The notes below the pieces were generated by a model. That model had not been told where the DNA came from. It did not search any database and worked only from the letters and a program-made list of their open reading frames with translations. Source: an uncultured Acidobacteriota bacterium (lineage in GTDB: Bacteria; Acidobacteriota; Terriglobia; UBA7540). From it: DNA of 64,000 nucleotides. Below are positions 48,449-59,074 of this stretch, piece by piece. Made by a program: the position numbers and the translations under genes. Every line of letters begins with the position of its first letter. Position 1 is the stretch's first letter. The DNA lies in NCBI GenBank assembly GCA_963804995.1, contig CAWDSK010000001.1, positions 576,001-640,000 of the forward strand, written 5' to 3'.

Positions 48449-49516
48449 TTATCGGCCGCCTGCGGGTCCGGCGGCCTCCGGCTTGAGGTTCAACATGATC
48501 TGAAACCACCAATTGGGCTGGTAGTTGATCTGGACGGGAGCGCCGCGCAGGTTGCCGGTTGTTCCCAGCAGGATTTCGAAATCGGTTTTTTCTCCCGTGG
48601 TGTGGTTGGCGATCTGGAAACGTGCTTCGCGGAGATTGTGGTAGGTACGATCGACCTTCTGCTTGGTGTCGTTGAGGGTGAAATGAACCGTCTTCTCCAT
48701 CACGGGCCGAGTGCTCTCGAGTGTCACGGCATAGAGCCTGGAGTTGTAGATGTAGCACAGCGAAATCGGGGCGGCCTTTCCCTCCGAAGCGTCGCTGGTC
48801 AGTTCCTGGACCGTTGAAAGGAAGCCGCCCTGCCGGTTGCAGCCCATCGCCGCTCCTTCCAGGGCATGAAACTGACGTTCTTGCCCGTCCTTCAAGCGGT
48901 CGAGGGTCAGTTTCTCAGCGGGCTGCAATTCGCGGAAGTCGAAATCGTGGTCCGAGTAAAACGGCACGGTGGTGGACACGGCGCGGCCGGGATCCACTCG
49001 GCTGATGATGGCTTCGAAGCGGTGCTGGCCTGCCTTGTTTTCGTTCGAAAGCTCCTGACGCATGGCGCCCACGGATTCTCCCTTGGACAACTTCATGAAT
49101 CCCAGGAAAGCGCTCGACCCTGCTGCACCGGCCGCGTTGTGCTTGACCACCTCCGTTCCCGCGCCCCAGCGATTGATGCTGTGAGCCCGGGCGGGATCGG
49201 AACCGAAGAGGAGGTGAATGACCTCCAGTTTCGGATCGTCAGCGGCCTCGCCAACTTTGACGTAGCCGCCTCCCACGTCATCTTTCGAAATCCAGAAGAA
49301 AAGTAAACGGATCTGGACTGTCATCTCAAAATTGTATTGGGCGTCAAAGCGAGGTGGTGCGCTAAGCCAGTGCAGCGCTTCGGTAATAGCCGGAGCGTCG
49401 CCCGGTCGGTTGGCATCCGCCGGCCTGTTGGCATCCGAAGCAACGGCCACGGCGCTCAAGGCTATCGCAAAGATTGTCAAAAGAGAGGCCCCAATGGCCC
49501 GGCCTGGTTTCAGCAT
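48449..49516 (-). CDS. Hypothetical exported protein
   Basis: Signal peptide; 355-aa ORF with plausible composition (RLLFFWISKDDVGGG, YQPNWWFQI); no family recognised. Confidence 0.7.
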   Translation of the reverse strand: MLKPGRAIGASLLTIFAIALSAVAVASDANRPADANRPGDAPAITEALHWLSAPPRFDAQYNFEMTVQIRLLFFWISKDDVGGGYVKVGEAADDPKLEVIHLLFGSDPARAHSINRWGAGTEVVKHNAAGAAGSSAFLGFMKLSKGESVGAMRQELSNENKAGQHRFEAIISRVDPGRAVSTTVPFYSDHDFDFRELQPAEKLTLDRLKDGQERQFHALEGAAMGCNRQGGFLSTVQELTSDASEGKAAPISLCYIYNSRLYAVTLESTRPVMEKTVHFTLNDTKQKVDRTYHNLREARFQIANHTTGEKTDFEILLGTTGNLRGAPVQINYQPNWWFQIMLNLKPEAAGPAGGR

Positions 49517-49841
49517 CAAGCAACCCCCAAAGTCCAAGATAGCGCAAGATTATGAATCTGCAAATAAGGAAGAGTCAATTGATGGTGAAGCTTCTTGGGG
49601 CGCTGGAACGGCAAGAAGCTCACCTCCTGATTCAGGAGGGGTGGCGCGGAAGCGACGGGGTGGTTACGGCAGGCTCTCGTAGCGGCGGGTTTACCCCGCC
49701 ATTTCCTCGGTGCTGTACTACTGCATGGCGCTGGAAAAGCAAAGCCAAGATTCACCACAGAGCTCACAGAGGCCACAGAGAAGAGATCCCCAGTCTGTCT
49801 CTGTGTTCTCCGTGTCCTCTGTGGTGAATGGCTCTTCGGAC

Positions 49842-49930
49842 GGCTACCGCGTCACCTACTTGCCGGTTGACCGCGAGGGCCTATTGAATTTGGCCGACCT
49901 GGAAGTTGCCATCACGAATGAGACCGCCGG
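49842..49930 (+). pseudogene. Cysteine desulfurase (IscS/NifS) internal fragment
   Basis: GYRVTYLPVDREGLLNLADLEVAITNETA is a characteristic IscS segment; no start and no continuation. Confidence 0.55.
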
Positions 49931-50424
49931 GGTGGTGTTGACAAGATAGAGCCGAGGTGCTGATCTTGGCGTCACGCCACCGGAAATAGCTTGCGACTTG
50001 CGTACGATGCAGGAGTTAAGCGAATTGGCCCTGACCCACACCGTTTTTCGCAGGTAGTCACCGATAACAGATTCTGTAATCCTGCGCGGGCATGGGGCAC
50101 TTCTGCGGGTAGGGCGTTACACGACCAAGTGGATTTCCTACAGGCGCGGCGTGATGCAGGCGCAGTCGTTACTGAAACAACATATGCAGTTGTCTGACTT
50201 CGTACCCAGCTGATCGCATTTGCCGCGACGGCCCATGACGCGGTCTTCGTGAATGAGGCTGGAGGTCGAGCTGGCGATTCGGAGGTTGTGTGCAGTCAGC
50301 GCGACCGGAGCTAGGAGTGTGTCGGAAATAATAATTCGTCAACGAAGAATCAACAACTTACAGACACTCGAATCTCGCTAAGTTATTAATTCTACGTACA
50401 ACGAAATCTATCTCCGACGGGCTC

Positions 50425-51099
50425 CTAGGTACCCGGCACGTTAGGCGGAAGGAAATCGAGCAGCAGATGGAATATCTCAATTTGACCCAAGGTGATAGGC
50501 TCCCTACCGTGGCGTGACATCTGGAGTGGCCCAAGATCCTGAAGGCCATCTGCCTCAGCCAACCTCGTGCCCAGTGCCACCCTCAACACCTCGGTTCTCT
50601 CCGCAAAACCAGTTCTTAATCGGCCTAACCATTCCAAGGCTGTATCCGTTTGCACATATCCAAGCATTCCGCCAACAGCCTCCTTGGCGGCGTACCGGCC
50701 GACAATGAAACAGCCCAAACCGTCCTCTCCGAAGTACTTTTCAACTGAGTTCGGCCGGTACAGCCGCTTGGCTTCGATGTGAAATCGAGGCCTTTTGCCC
50801 TGGCCCGAGAGGCGCACGAATTCAATGTCCACCCGAGGGCGGCTGCGGCCCAGCTTGCCCGATACATTTTGGGGAGGATCGTCATGTACGTCGAAGAGTT
50901 GCATCCAAGCTTCAGCGTCCTCACTCTCTATTACCTCTCGCACGCCGCGAACGAGTTCGCCCGTAATGCTGGTCTCCTCCGCCTGGCTAAGGTCCGCAGT
51001 CTTGATCAGTTCATAGCCGCGCAGAACCAAAATGTGGCAATTTCGAATGAACGCCAAGCGATACAGGATGGCGCGATCTGGGTGCGGGTCCAAGGGCAT
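50425..51099 (-). CDS. Putative PD-(D/E)xK-like nuclease
   Basis: ETSITGEL, RVDIEF..FHIEAKRL, GMLGYVQ; start overlaps the upstream stop. Confidence 0.6.
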   Translation of the reverse strand: MPLDPHPDRAILYRLAFIRNCHILVLRGYELIKTADLSQAEETSITGELVRGVREVIESEDAEAWMQLFDVHDDPPQNVSGKLGRSRPRVDIEFVRLSGQGKRPRFHIEAKRLYRPNSVEKYFGEDGLGCFIVGRYAAKEAVGGMLGYVQTDTALEWLGRLRTGFAERTEVLRVALGTRLAEADGLQDLGPLQMSRHGREPITLGQIEIFHLLLDFLPPNVPGT

Positions 51100-54000
51100 C
51101 AGCCGACAACCCTCTCATTCTCTTCCGGGTGCGACTGGATGGATTCCGCGATGATGTCGCCCGCATCCTGCATGGCTTGAGTTTGGGTCCAATCCAGGCG
51201 ATGTAGCGGTTTCAACATGTACGTTTTGGACGGTTCGTATACGCGGAGGTTGCGGTGAAAGTAGAGCCATTGGGCGCGCTTCTCGATCAATTGGGTCTGA
51301 GCTGCCTCAAATTCATGTGCGCCTTCATCAGTTGCTTTCATAACCCGGACCGGCAAGCGCCCCGTGGCCCCGCTCACGATCTCAATAACGGTCAGACCCG
51401 AACCGCCAGCATAAAAAACATCGACGCGGTGACGGATGCCAGTTTTCTCGCCCACGAATCCATCAAGTTCATCGCGAAGTGTTCCAGCGTACGATTTCAA
51501 TTCCTCCACCTTCGGAGGATCAATTGCTTCCTTTCCGATTTTGCCCTGATTCAAGGAAAGGCGAACGTGAACTAGATCATGGATCGCGGCTCTGGCTCAA
51601 CTACCGAGCCTCAAGGAATCGAAAGTTAAATCGTTCAACTCACGAATCAAGTCTGGCCGTTCGAAGCTAGCCTTCCGACCAATGGCCTTCGCGATGTTGG
51701 AATAAAGAGATGTCCAATCGCCCAGCAAATTCGGATCCGCAAATGGGATCGGCAGGGTCCGTAGCGTCTTGAGCGAAAAGATCGTCTTTTGTATCCCGGC
51801 TTGGGACGTGCTAAGAAACTGGTGGTATATTGCGAAATCAGAGTTGAGGTAGAGGGCGAGCGCCTTTAAAAGGGGTTCGTTACCCCGGGGTGAAATGACA
51901 CCAACCTGACCGGGAGGTACGACAATAGCGTGCTCAGTGTACACCGCGAAGGTCCTTGACTCTCCCACCAAAACGTGTGGAGGCTGAGAAACCCTAAACG
52001 GTCTCGCGAACCTACCGCGCCTTACAAACGACTGGCTGGCCGACAGAGGCTGAAGTAACTCAATTGGGAAATCGAATAAGTACCTGCAGTTCTTGAGGGG
52101 CTCGACCGATAAGAGTGGCTTCCCAACAAGTTCGGGATGAAACTTGGCCCCCTCCCTTTTGGCTTGATCCTTGTTTCTTGTTTCAAGCCCCTGCGAAGCC
52201 AAGAGGATTCCTTCTTTTTCCAGTTGTCCGAAGGTCTGGAAGTGACGTTGCACAGCGCCAAGCACCTTCGCGTCGATTGACGAGCCCCACATTGCCAGCT
52301 TCCAAGGCAGCGAGCTTCCGTCGATGACCTCAGAATAAGCTAGTTCTCGCAGTTCGCTCGTGTTGACGATTAGGTTCCAGACAGGAACTCGCTTCCCAGT
52401 CCTCCATTGGGCTGCTGGCTGAGTAGCAACAAACGGGGAATACACCTCGACTGCCTCTGGGCCGCATTGAAGGTCTAGTTGTTGGGGTTTCGGGGAATAG
52501 AAAAATGCTGCCGCGGGAAGTCTGGCCCGGCCTGCAAATAATACTTCTGCGAGGTTCGCGAAATTGGCCACGGACCATAGTTGATTTTTCTGCAAAAAAG
52601 CCGCGCGAAAGGCTTTCGACTCGTACTTGAACAATGTCATGGCAGGAAGCAGCAAGCCAACGACAGCATCTGCCGCAACCAGATCAGAAGCCCGCCACGC
52701 GAATGCTTCGGCCATCTGATTTCCGCCAATCGGGTGCTCGGCCCCGTTGCGTTGCATCCAATTCATTGCTGGCTTGTCGACATTATCGAGCCGATTGGGA
52801 TTTAATTCTTTCCAGGGAGGATTACCCACGATCCAATCGAACCGCTTCCGTTGTATCAAATGCTGCCACTCACCACTTTCCGTGAAGGTATCGGCGTGGA
52901 AAATGTTCTGATTTCTCAGAGGTGGGAGCTTGAACTTTGTCTTTGTCAGGTCTGGCGGGTCAACGTACTCAAGCAGAGTGAGCGACAGGCTCAACTCCGC
53001 AATCTGGCAGGCATCCTCGTCAAGGTCGATCCCAAAAATGTGGTGCGTAAGAAGACTCCCGAGTTCAGCGGGGCGAAGCTGCTTTTGGGGGCACGCTGCC
53101 AAGCGGCGCTCAATCAGCTTTCTGTAACATTGGACCAGAAAAGCACCCGATCCACACGCCGGGTCCAGCACCCTCATTCCGGGCGTCAAAGGCTTGTGTG
53201 AGTCCAGCCGATCCACCATGAAGTTCACGACCGGCACTGGCGTGTAGTAAGCCCCTCGGGCGGCCCCTTCTGATCTTGCTGACGGGTGGTGGGTGGCGTG
53301 GAGGAACTGCTCGTAGATGACTGACAGGGTTTCAATGGGGATCAGCGAAAAATCGTAGATGTCGAAAAGAGGCAGTTGGCCCTCGGCGGTTCCCCCATGG
53401 AACACGGAAGCCACTCTCCGCAGCCGCTCTGCTCCAAACTCTTGAATCTTCGTACGTGAGAGCGGGAACACTGAGCCATTCAGCCATTCGTCAATACGCT
53501 GCACTAGTTCCGCAAATATGCTAAGCCGCGCATGCTGACCGAAAGCCTCATCATAGGAAATGTCCCACTCTTTCAGTTTAGCGTCGGAAAGTATATTTCG
53601 TTGCCGCAAATAGCGTAGGTATACGAACTTCCCAATCATGGAGTGCGAGAGGGCACGATTCTCAACGCCGTTTTCGCATAGCCAGTCATCCAGAGCGCGG
53701 AGATTCTTGAGGAGCCTCCAGTCAACCCTCGACTCCGGCGTCACCTGACTGCCCCATTCCTTCCATACAGCCCCCGAGTCGACAGCGGCGCCTCGAATCG
53801 ATGCAAGCTGAGCCGCGACTTGTCCAAAATCATTGATGGCACGAAGCGCGCCAAGGTTTGGGTCGTCTCCAGCATGATCGTCATAGCGGAACCCCGGGTA
53901 AAGACGCACCCATCCGGGACTCACGACTAGCAAAAAGGGGACGACGTTTTGGTTCCAGACTTTCCTGTGGATTTCCCGCGCTTGCTGTTCCGAATCAGCC

Positions 54001-54203
54001 TGGCAAACATAAACGACTGGAACATCTGATTGGGAAGGGTCGTAGGCGCTGCCGCGAAGTGTGTAGACCCCCTTGAGGTCACACGCCTGTTGCGCCATTC
54101 GGAGGATGTGGCCGTAGTTGGGGTCAAGTCTAAGAGCGTCACCGGAACGATAGTTCGGCGAATCGGTGTATTGGAGAGCACCCAGGACGTCCCCAAGAAT
54201 CAT
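51099..54203 (-). pseudogene. Large N6-adenine DNA methyltransferase (type IIG/Eco57I-like) interrupted by one in-frame TGA at 51597-51599
   Basis: GAYYTP, VLDPACGSGAFL, FGIDLD, IVGNPPW; the frame continues after the TGA (LRLGS*ARAAIHDLVHVRLSLNQGK) to 51099. Confidence 0.8.
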
Positions 54204-54523
54204 GTTGGTCACATTGCCTGGCAAGCTTTTCCCTTGGATTACAACCGCCGTCTCACCCACACTGGCTAACGCGTGAAAATGCGCTGGCTTTGAATCGCTG
54301 CGCGGCCTGCTTTTTAATCGCCCGGCTATTCCGCCCCAGCAGCCGTAGATTACCCTTGCACGTGCCTCACTCCGTGAGCCGAATTGTATCACGATCGCGC
54401 AAGCGAATAAAAGGCGAATACATGGCGAATACGCGGCATCAGAATTTTATTCGCGCCTCAATTCACGCTGCGGAAAGGGCACATTGAGTCTCCGAACAAA
54501 TTCACTTGGCTGTGTAGTCGCCT

Positions 54524-54829
54524 CATGCTTATCCGGTTGTTTCAGCAAGCCACAATTAGTAGTATATGGGCATGCCCCGCCCAGCGTTTCCGAAAACCTT
54601 GCGCGAGTTCCGCGGGCCGCGAGTTCCGCCAGGCTTATCCTGATGAATTCGCCGTTCGCCATAATCGGCGCAAGAAACCTATGGCGGCTTTCCAAACCCT
54701 GTTGGGACTCGGAACCACGCACAAGTCCACGACCTATAAGGAGATGCGAAGCACGTGGACCTTGCCAAGCCGCCAAGCCATGGCTGACCACAACATATTG
54801 TGGCTTGCTGAAACAACCGGATAAGCATG
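54524..54829. mobile_element. 306-bp internally deleted IS1595-family element (MITE-like)
   Basis: Perfect 33-bp IRs (54524-54556, 54797-54829); 8-bp TSD AGTCGCCT; interior encodes QAYPDEFAVRHNRR..MAAFQTLLGLG, an IS1595 C-terminus. Confidence 0.88.
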
Positions 54830-55080
54830 AGTCGCCTAACCATGCATATAGTCCGCCCGGTCACTTCGGGCGATTGCACTTGGAGGACAGCGCACCTTGA
54901 AACCGTACTTCGCCGGATTGGGAACGAAAACGTCTGTATTGAAATTGGCCAGCCTGCACCACTTGCATGCAATTGCACCCGGAAGGCGCGCTCCCCGAAC
55001 GTGAGTCAGCGCGGACCTGTTTCGTAGCGCGGTCTCCCGTTTTTGGGGTTCTTCGTTTGGAAAACCTCCAACCCGGGCGG

Positions 55081-55398
55081 CTGTAGCACAGCCACTCCTG
55101 GCTGTGTCGCCAAGCGCGAACGTCCGGCCGCATTCACAGCGAGGTAGCGCAGAGTCTCGCGCTCTTCGAGACTCTGCGGCTTTTCGTTTCTTGGCCGCGA
55201 CCGGCGATCACCACTTATTTCCCCAATGGACACTGCATCACCGTGTTAGGTGGTTAATACGTGCGTTAATACTATAGCGTATGCTCATTAGATTAAGAGC
55301 CGCAGAGTCTGAAAGGGCCAGACTCTGCGCTACCTCCTCGTGCCTGCTGTAGCGCAGCCACTCCTGGCTGTGTCGCCAAGCGCGAACGTCCGGCCGCA
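55081..55398. repeat. 190-bp REPIN-like element, copy 2 (55144-55333), between 52-bp direct repeats
   Basis: Homologous to 14256-14445; direct repeats at 55081-55132 and 55347-55398. Confidence 0.75.
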
Positions 55399-55564
55399 AA
55401 ATGGCGTTTGTGGGTGGGCAAGACCAGCGTTAATATAGCCCGCTGAAGCGCAGCGCGGCGGGGCCGCAACCAAACAGGCGTCATAGCCCTCTCCCCCGGG
55501 GGAGAGGGTGGATCGCGGCTTCTTTGACTGACCGGATTTTAATTTCATCCAGGGGGAGGAACCG

Positions 55565-56890
55565 ATGAGGAATTGGACGCGAAGAGGCTTTCTGGGAGCA
55601 ATGGCGGGGGCAGCGGCGGCAAAATCCTTGGGGGCTGAGCCCAAGGGCATTCCACCGATGCCGCAGCCCCAGATGGGGCGGGGTGTTATCAAGATTAAAA
55701 TCACCGATTTGAAATGTGCCATCATTGGCCAGAACCCGGTGGTGCGCGTGGTGACGGATCAGGGCATCTCGGGCTATGGCGAAGCCGAGTCCGTAAAGAA
55801 CTATCTCAAGCCGATGGTCTTGTTTTACAAGCAGTTTCTTCTGGGCGAAGATCCCACGGACGTGCAACGCGTGATGCTGAAGATTCGCCGCATGGGAGCG
55901 TTCAAGCCTTGGGGTGCAGCGGTGAGCGCCATCGAGATTGCCTTGTGGGACATTGCCGGGCAGGTGGCCGGGCAGCCGGTCTACAAGCTGCTGGGCGGAA
56001 AGATGCGCGACCGTGTACGCGCCTACGACGGGGCGGTGCGCTTCCCCATGCACGGCGAAACGCCTGCCGATTACGCCGAGAACACGCAAAAGATCAAAGA
56101 ATCCAAGGAAGGTTTCACCCTGATCAAACAGTCGGTGGGGTTTCACATTTCCGAAATGATCCGTGGTGTGCCCGACGGCTGGTTCGACTCTCCGGGACGC
56201 ACCGGACCAGGCCATCCTGACAGCGGCGTGCTGACCCAGCGCGGCATGGAACACATCGTGGCTTGCTGCGAAGCCATGGCCAAGGTGCTGGGCGATGAAG
56301 TTGCTCTGGCCCTGGATTGCGGACCCGGGTGGACCCTCAAGGACGCCATCACCTTTGCACACGCCATGGAACCGTACCATATCGAATGGCTCGAAGACGT
56401 GCTGACCGGCGACTATTCGGTTTATCCCAACGCGCAGTTGTTTAAGGAACTCACGCAGGCGACGTCGCTGAAGATTCATACGGGCGAAGAGATTTACCTG
56501 CGGGAGAACTTTAAGGACCTGATCGAAAACCAGGCAGTCAATGTGATCGGACCGGACCCGGAAGATGTAGGCGGCATGGCGGAACTGAAGTGGATCGCCG
56601 AGTACGCCGATCTGCATGGCATCCTCGTGGCTCCCCACGGAATCTGCGACGGGCTGATTGGGCTCGCCGCGCTCGTTCACATGTCGGCGACTCTGCCCCA
56701 GAACTACATCGCCTTCGAGTATCCCATCGGCGAGGAGGAATGGTGGTACGACATCATCGAGGGGCTGCCCGACCCCATCATGAAGAAGGGCTTCATCGAC
56801 ATATGGGACGCACCGGGTCTGGGCATCAGATTCAATGTCCCCAAAGCGAAAGCGCATCTCAGGCCGGAAGATCGCGACTTTTTCGACTGA
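55565..56890 (+). CDS. Mandelate racemase/muconate lactonizing enzyme family protein with Tat motif
   Basis: TRRGFL; SAIEIALWDIAG..PVYKLLGG; LDCG, WLED, TGEE metal ligands; APH; GGAGG RBS. Confidence 0.9.
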   Translation: MRNWTRRGFLGAMAGAAAAKSLGAEPKGIPPMPQPQMGRGVIKIKITDLKCAIIGQNPVVRVVTDQGISGYGEAESVKNYLKPMVLFYKQFLLGEDPTDVQRVMLKIRRMGAFKPWGAAVSAIEIALWDIAGQVAGQPVYKLLGGKMRDRVRAYDGAVRFPMHGETPADYAENTQKIKESKEGFTLIKQSVGFHISEMIRGVPDGWFDSPGRTGPGHPDSGVLTQRGMEHIVACCEAMAKVLGDEVALALDCGPGWTLKDAITFAHAMEPYHIEWLEDVLTGDYSVYPNAQLFKELTQATSLKIHTGEEIYLRENFKDLIENQAVNVIGPDPEDVGGMAELKWIAEYADLHGILVAPHGICDGLIGLAALVHMSATLPQNYIAFEYPIGEEEWWYDIIEGLPDPIMKKGFIDIWDAPGLGIRFNVPKAKAHLRPEDRDFFD

Positions 56891-57192
56891 TCGGATTCAA
56901 ATTTCCGTCAGTGGGAGGAACGCAAAATTGGTCGCCCGCCATTAAGATCGGCGGACTTTCAGCCGCGGCGACACGGTGGCTACCCGCTTGGACGTAAAGA
57001 CACGCTGAACCACCAAGACACCAAGGCACGAAGTTACGCCATTTGTTAGACAATCCTCGCCAGAGCTTTCTAGTATCTTGGTACCTGGGTGGTGAAAGAT
57101 TTGCGAGCGCGGTCGTTACCGCCACCATTGACCGGAAGTTTGGCATCAAGGGAAAAGCCCACGGACAGAACAACCCTGTCCGTGGCTACCCC

Positions 57193-58551
57193 CTACGTTA
57201 AGTTAAGGTAGACGGTTTCGTTTGCAAATTATGCTGCCACAATACGCACACTCGCCGGTCCAGGTGAATAACAAGCGTTGGATCTCACGGCGCGTCTGTG
57301 GCAGGGTCCACCCAGAAGTTTTTTTTGCTCCGCAACATCTCCAAGGTCAGGAAAGCATGCGCCAACATGACCAGGGTGACGTGGTGATGCCAGCCCGTCC
57401 AATTGCGGCCCTCGTAGTGATCCAGCCCCAGTTCCTCCTTGAGCTGCTGATAGTCCTGTTCGATCTTCCAGCGGCTTTTGACGATGCGCACCAGCCGTCG
57501 CAGGGGGTAGTTCTCCGGCAGGTCGCAGAGAAAATATTTCGTGGGCTCGGGCTCGCCGGGCGGCCATTCCACCAGCAACCAGACCTGCGGGTGGGGCGGG
57601 TCACCTTCGTCGAATCCGTGCCCGGGCTGGACGCGGGCCGCGTAGAAGCGGGACTCCAACCCGCCTTTCGTGCCTTCTCGCCAGCGCACTTGCTTCCACC
57701 CCCGGGCCTTCTCCGCCACTTCCCGTACCGCGCACGGCCGCTGCTCGCCGTAATGGTAAACTGTCGGCCAACGTCCTCGCCCCCGGGTTTTCCGCCAGCG
57801 CGGCGGTTTCGTCCACACCCGCACGGTGGAAGGAATGCCCACGGCATAAGGAAGTTGGCGAGCCTGCAGCCCCTGGCGAAATTCCGTCACTTCCCCGTAG
57901 GCGGCGTCCGCCAGCACCACCCCGCAGCGCAAACCCCAGGCGCGCGCCTCGTCGATCATTTCCAGCGCCAGTTGCCATTTCGTCTGGAATTTCACCGCGG
58001 CGGGGATGCCCGCGGCGCGGCGCCGCTCGGGATCCTGCGTCCAGCTTTCCGGCAAGTAGAGCCGCCAGTCCAGGATGGTACTTTCTTCCCCTCCCACCTG
58101 ATGCAGGCTCACGGCCACTTGGCAATTGGCCGTCTTCCCCAAGGTGCCGGAGTATTGCCGCGCTACTCCCACCGAGTGGTGACCCTGTTTGGGGAATCCC
58201 GTGTCGTCGATGACCCAGAGGGGATCGGGCAGCAGTTCTGCCGTCATGCGTCGCGCCAAGCGTTCCCAAACCGGAGCCCATGGCCAAGGACTTTGTCCGA
58301 TCAACTGCTGCAGGGCCTGGACATTCCCCTCGGGCAAACGTGCCGCCATCGGCTCGATCGATTTGCGTTCCCCGTCCCGCAACAGGCCGCGGACGTATAC
58401 CGAACTCCAATGCCGTCGCTCGCGCCGCCCCAGCGGCTCCAGCAGGTCGGCCAAGAATTGTTCCAAACGCTTTCGACATTTCTCGATTTCGCTCTCGGTC
58501 ATGGACCGGAGCTTAACACCTCCCCTGCGGGAGGTCAATAACTTAACGTAG
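57193..58551 (-). mobile_element. IS701-family insertion sequence
   Basis: 13-bp IR CTACGTTAAGTTA / TAACTTAACGTAG around the transposase; no clear TSD. Confidence 0.85.
57285..58502 (-). CDS. IS701-family transposase
   Basis: RKSIEPMA, IDDTGFPKQG, VARQYSG, NCQVAV, LADAAYG, RWKIEQDYQQLKEELGLDHYEGR. Confidence 0.95.
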   Translation of the reverse strand: MTESEIEKCRKRLEQFLADLLEPLGRRERRHWSSVYVRGLLRDGERKSIEPMAARLPEGNVQALQQLIGQSPWPWAPVWERLARRMTAELLPDPLWVIDDTGFPKQGHHSVGVARQYSGTLGKTANCQVAVSLHQVGGEESTILDWRLYLPESWTQDPERRRAAGIPAAVKFQTKWQLALEMIDEARAWGLRCGVVLADAAYGEVTEFRQGLQARQLPYAVGIPSTVRVWTKPPRWRKTRGRGRWPTVYHYGEQRPCAVREVAEKARGWKQVRWREGTKGGLESRFYAARVQPGHGFDEGDPPHPQVWLLVEWPPGEPEPTKYFLCDLPENYPLRRLVRIVKSRWKIEQDYQQLKEELGLDHYEGRNWTGWHHHVTLVMLAHAFLTLEMLRSKKNFWVDPATDAP

Positions 58552-58559
58552 TAGTATTG

Positions 58560-58710
58560 GGGGCTCGGGGTTAGGGTCCTGACTCCTAGCTTCTAACTCC
58601 TGGCTCCTGACTCCTCTCCCCCAGCCCCGTATCCCGAGTCGCGAACCCAGATTCCCGATTCCAGATTTGAGATCGCCGAGTCCCGAATCCCGTACCCCGT
58701 TTCCCGGCCG
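58560..58710. repeat. Degenerate heptamer tandem arrays
   Basis: tcctgac/tcctagc/ttctaac/tcctggc/tcctgac and cccgtat/cccgagt/cccagat/tcccgat/tcccgaa units. Confidence 0.65.
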
Positions 58711-59074
58711 CCGGGCCCTCACCACTCTGACATTTTATCCTCCCAGCGGTGTCCCAGAAGTACCCCGTAGCGCGTCATAGCGGGCGTTGTCCCACCAAAT
58801 GTCACATCTTCATGCGTTATTTTCCCATGACTTTTAACAGGCGGATTCGCCGCGCTGCGCTATCTTATGCCGGCGATTACGCCAAAGGCCGCTTGAGGTC
58901 AGGCGGTTTCACGCCGCCTCGGACACGTTTCGATCGTCCGAGTGCGAGCGGTGCGTGGAACGGGCTATCGCCCTACCGCTTTTCTGCGCGCCCCCACTCC
59001 GAGGCCCCAGGGGAAAGGAGTCAAGATTCGCCAGTCAGCCCGCGCATTCTGAAGGCGGCGACGGGCCCCCTGCC

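Noticed and set aside
51597..51599. Selenocysteine codon in the methyltransferase
   Set aside because: Not a redox or Cys-type position, and no SECIS-like hairpin was evident; a nonsense mutation or base-call error is more plausible
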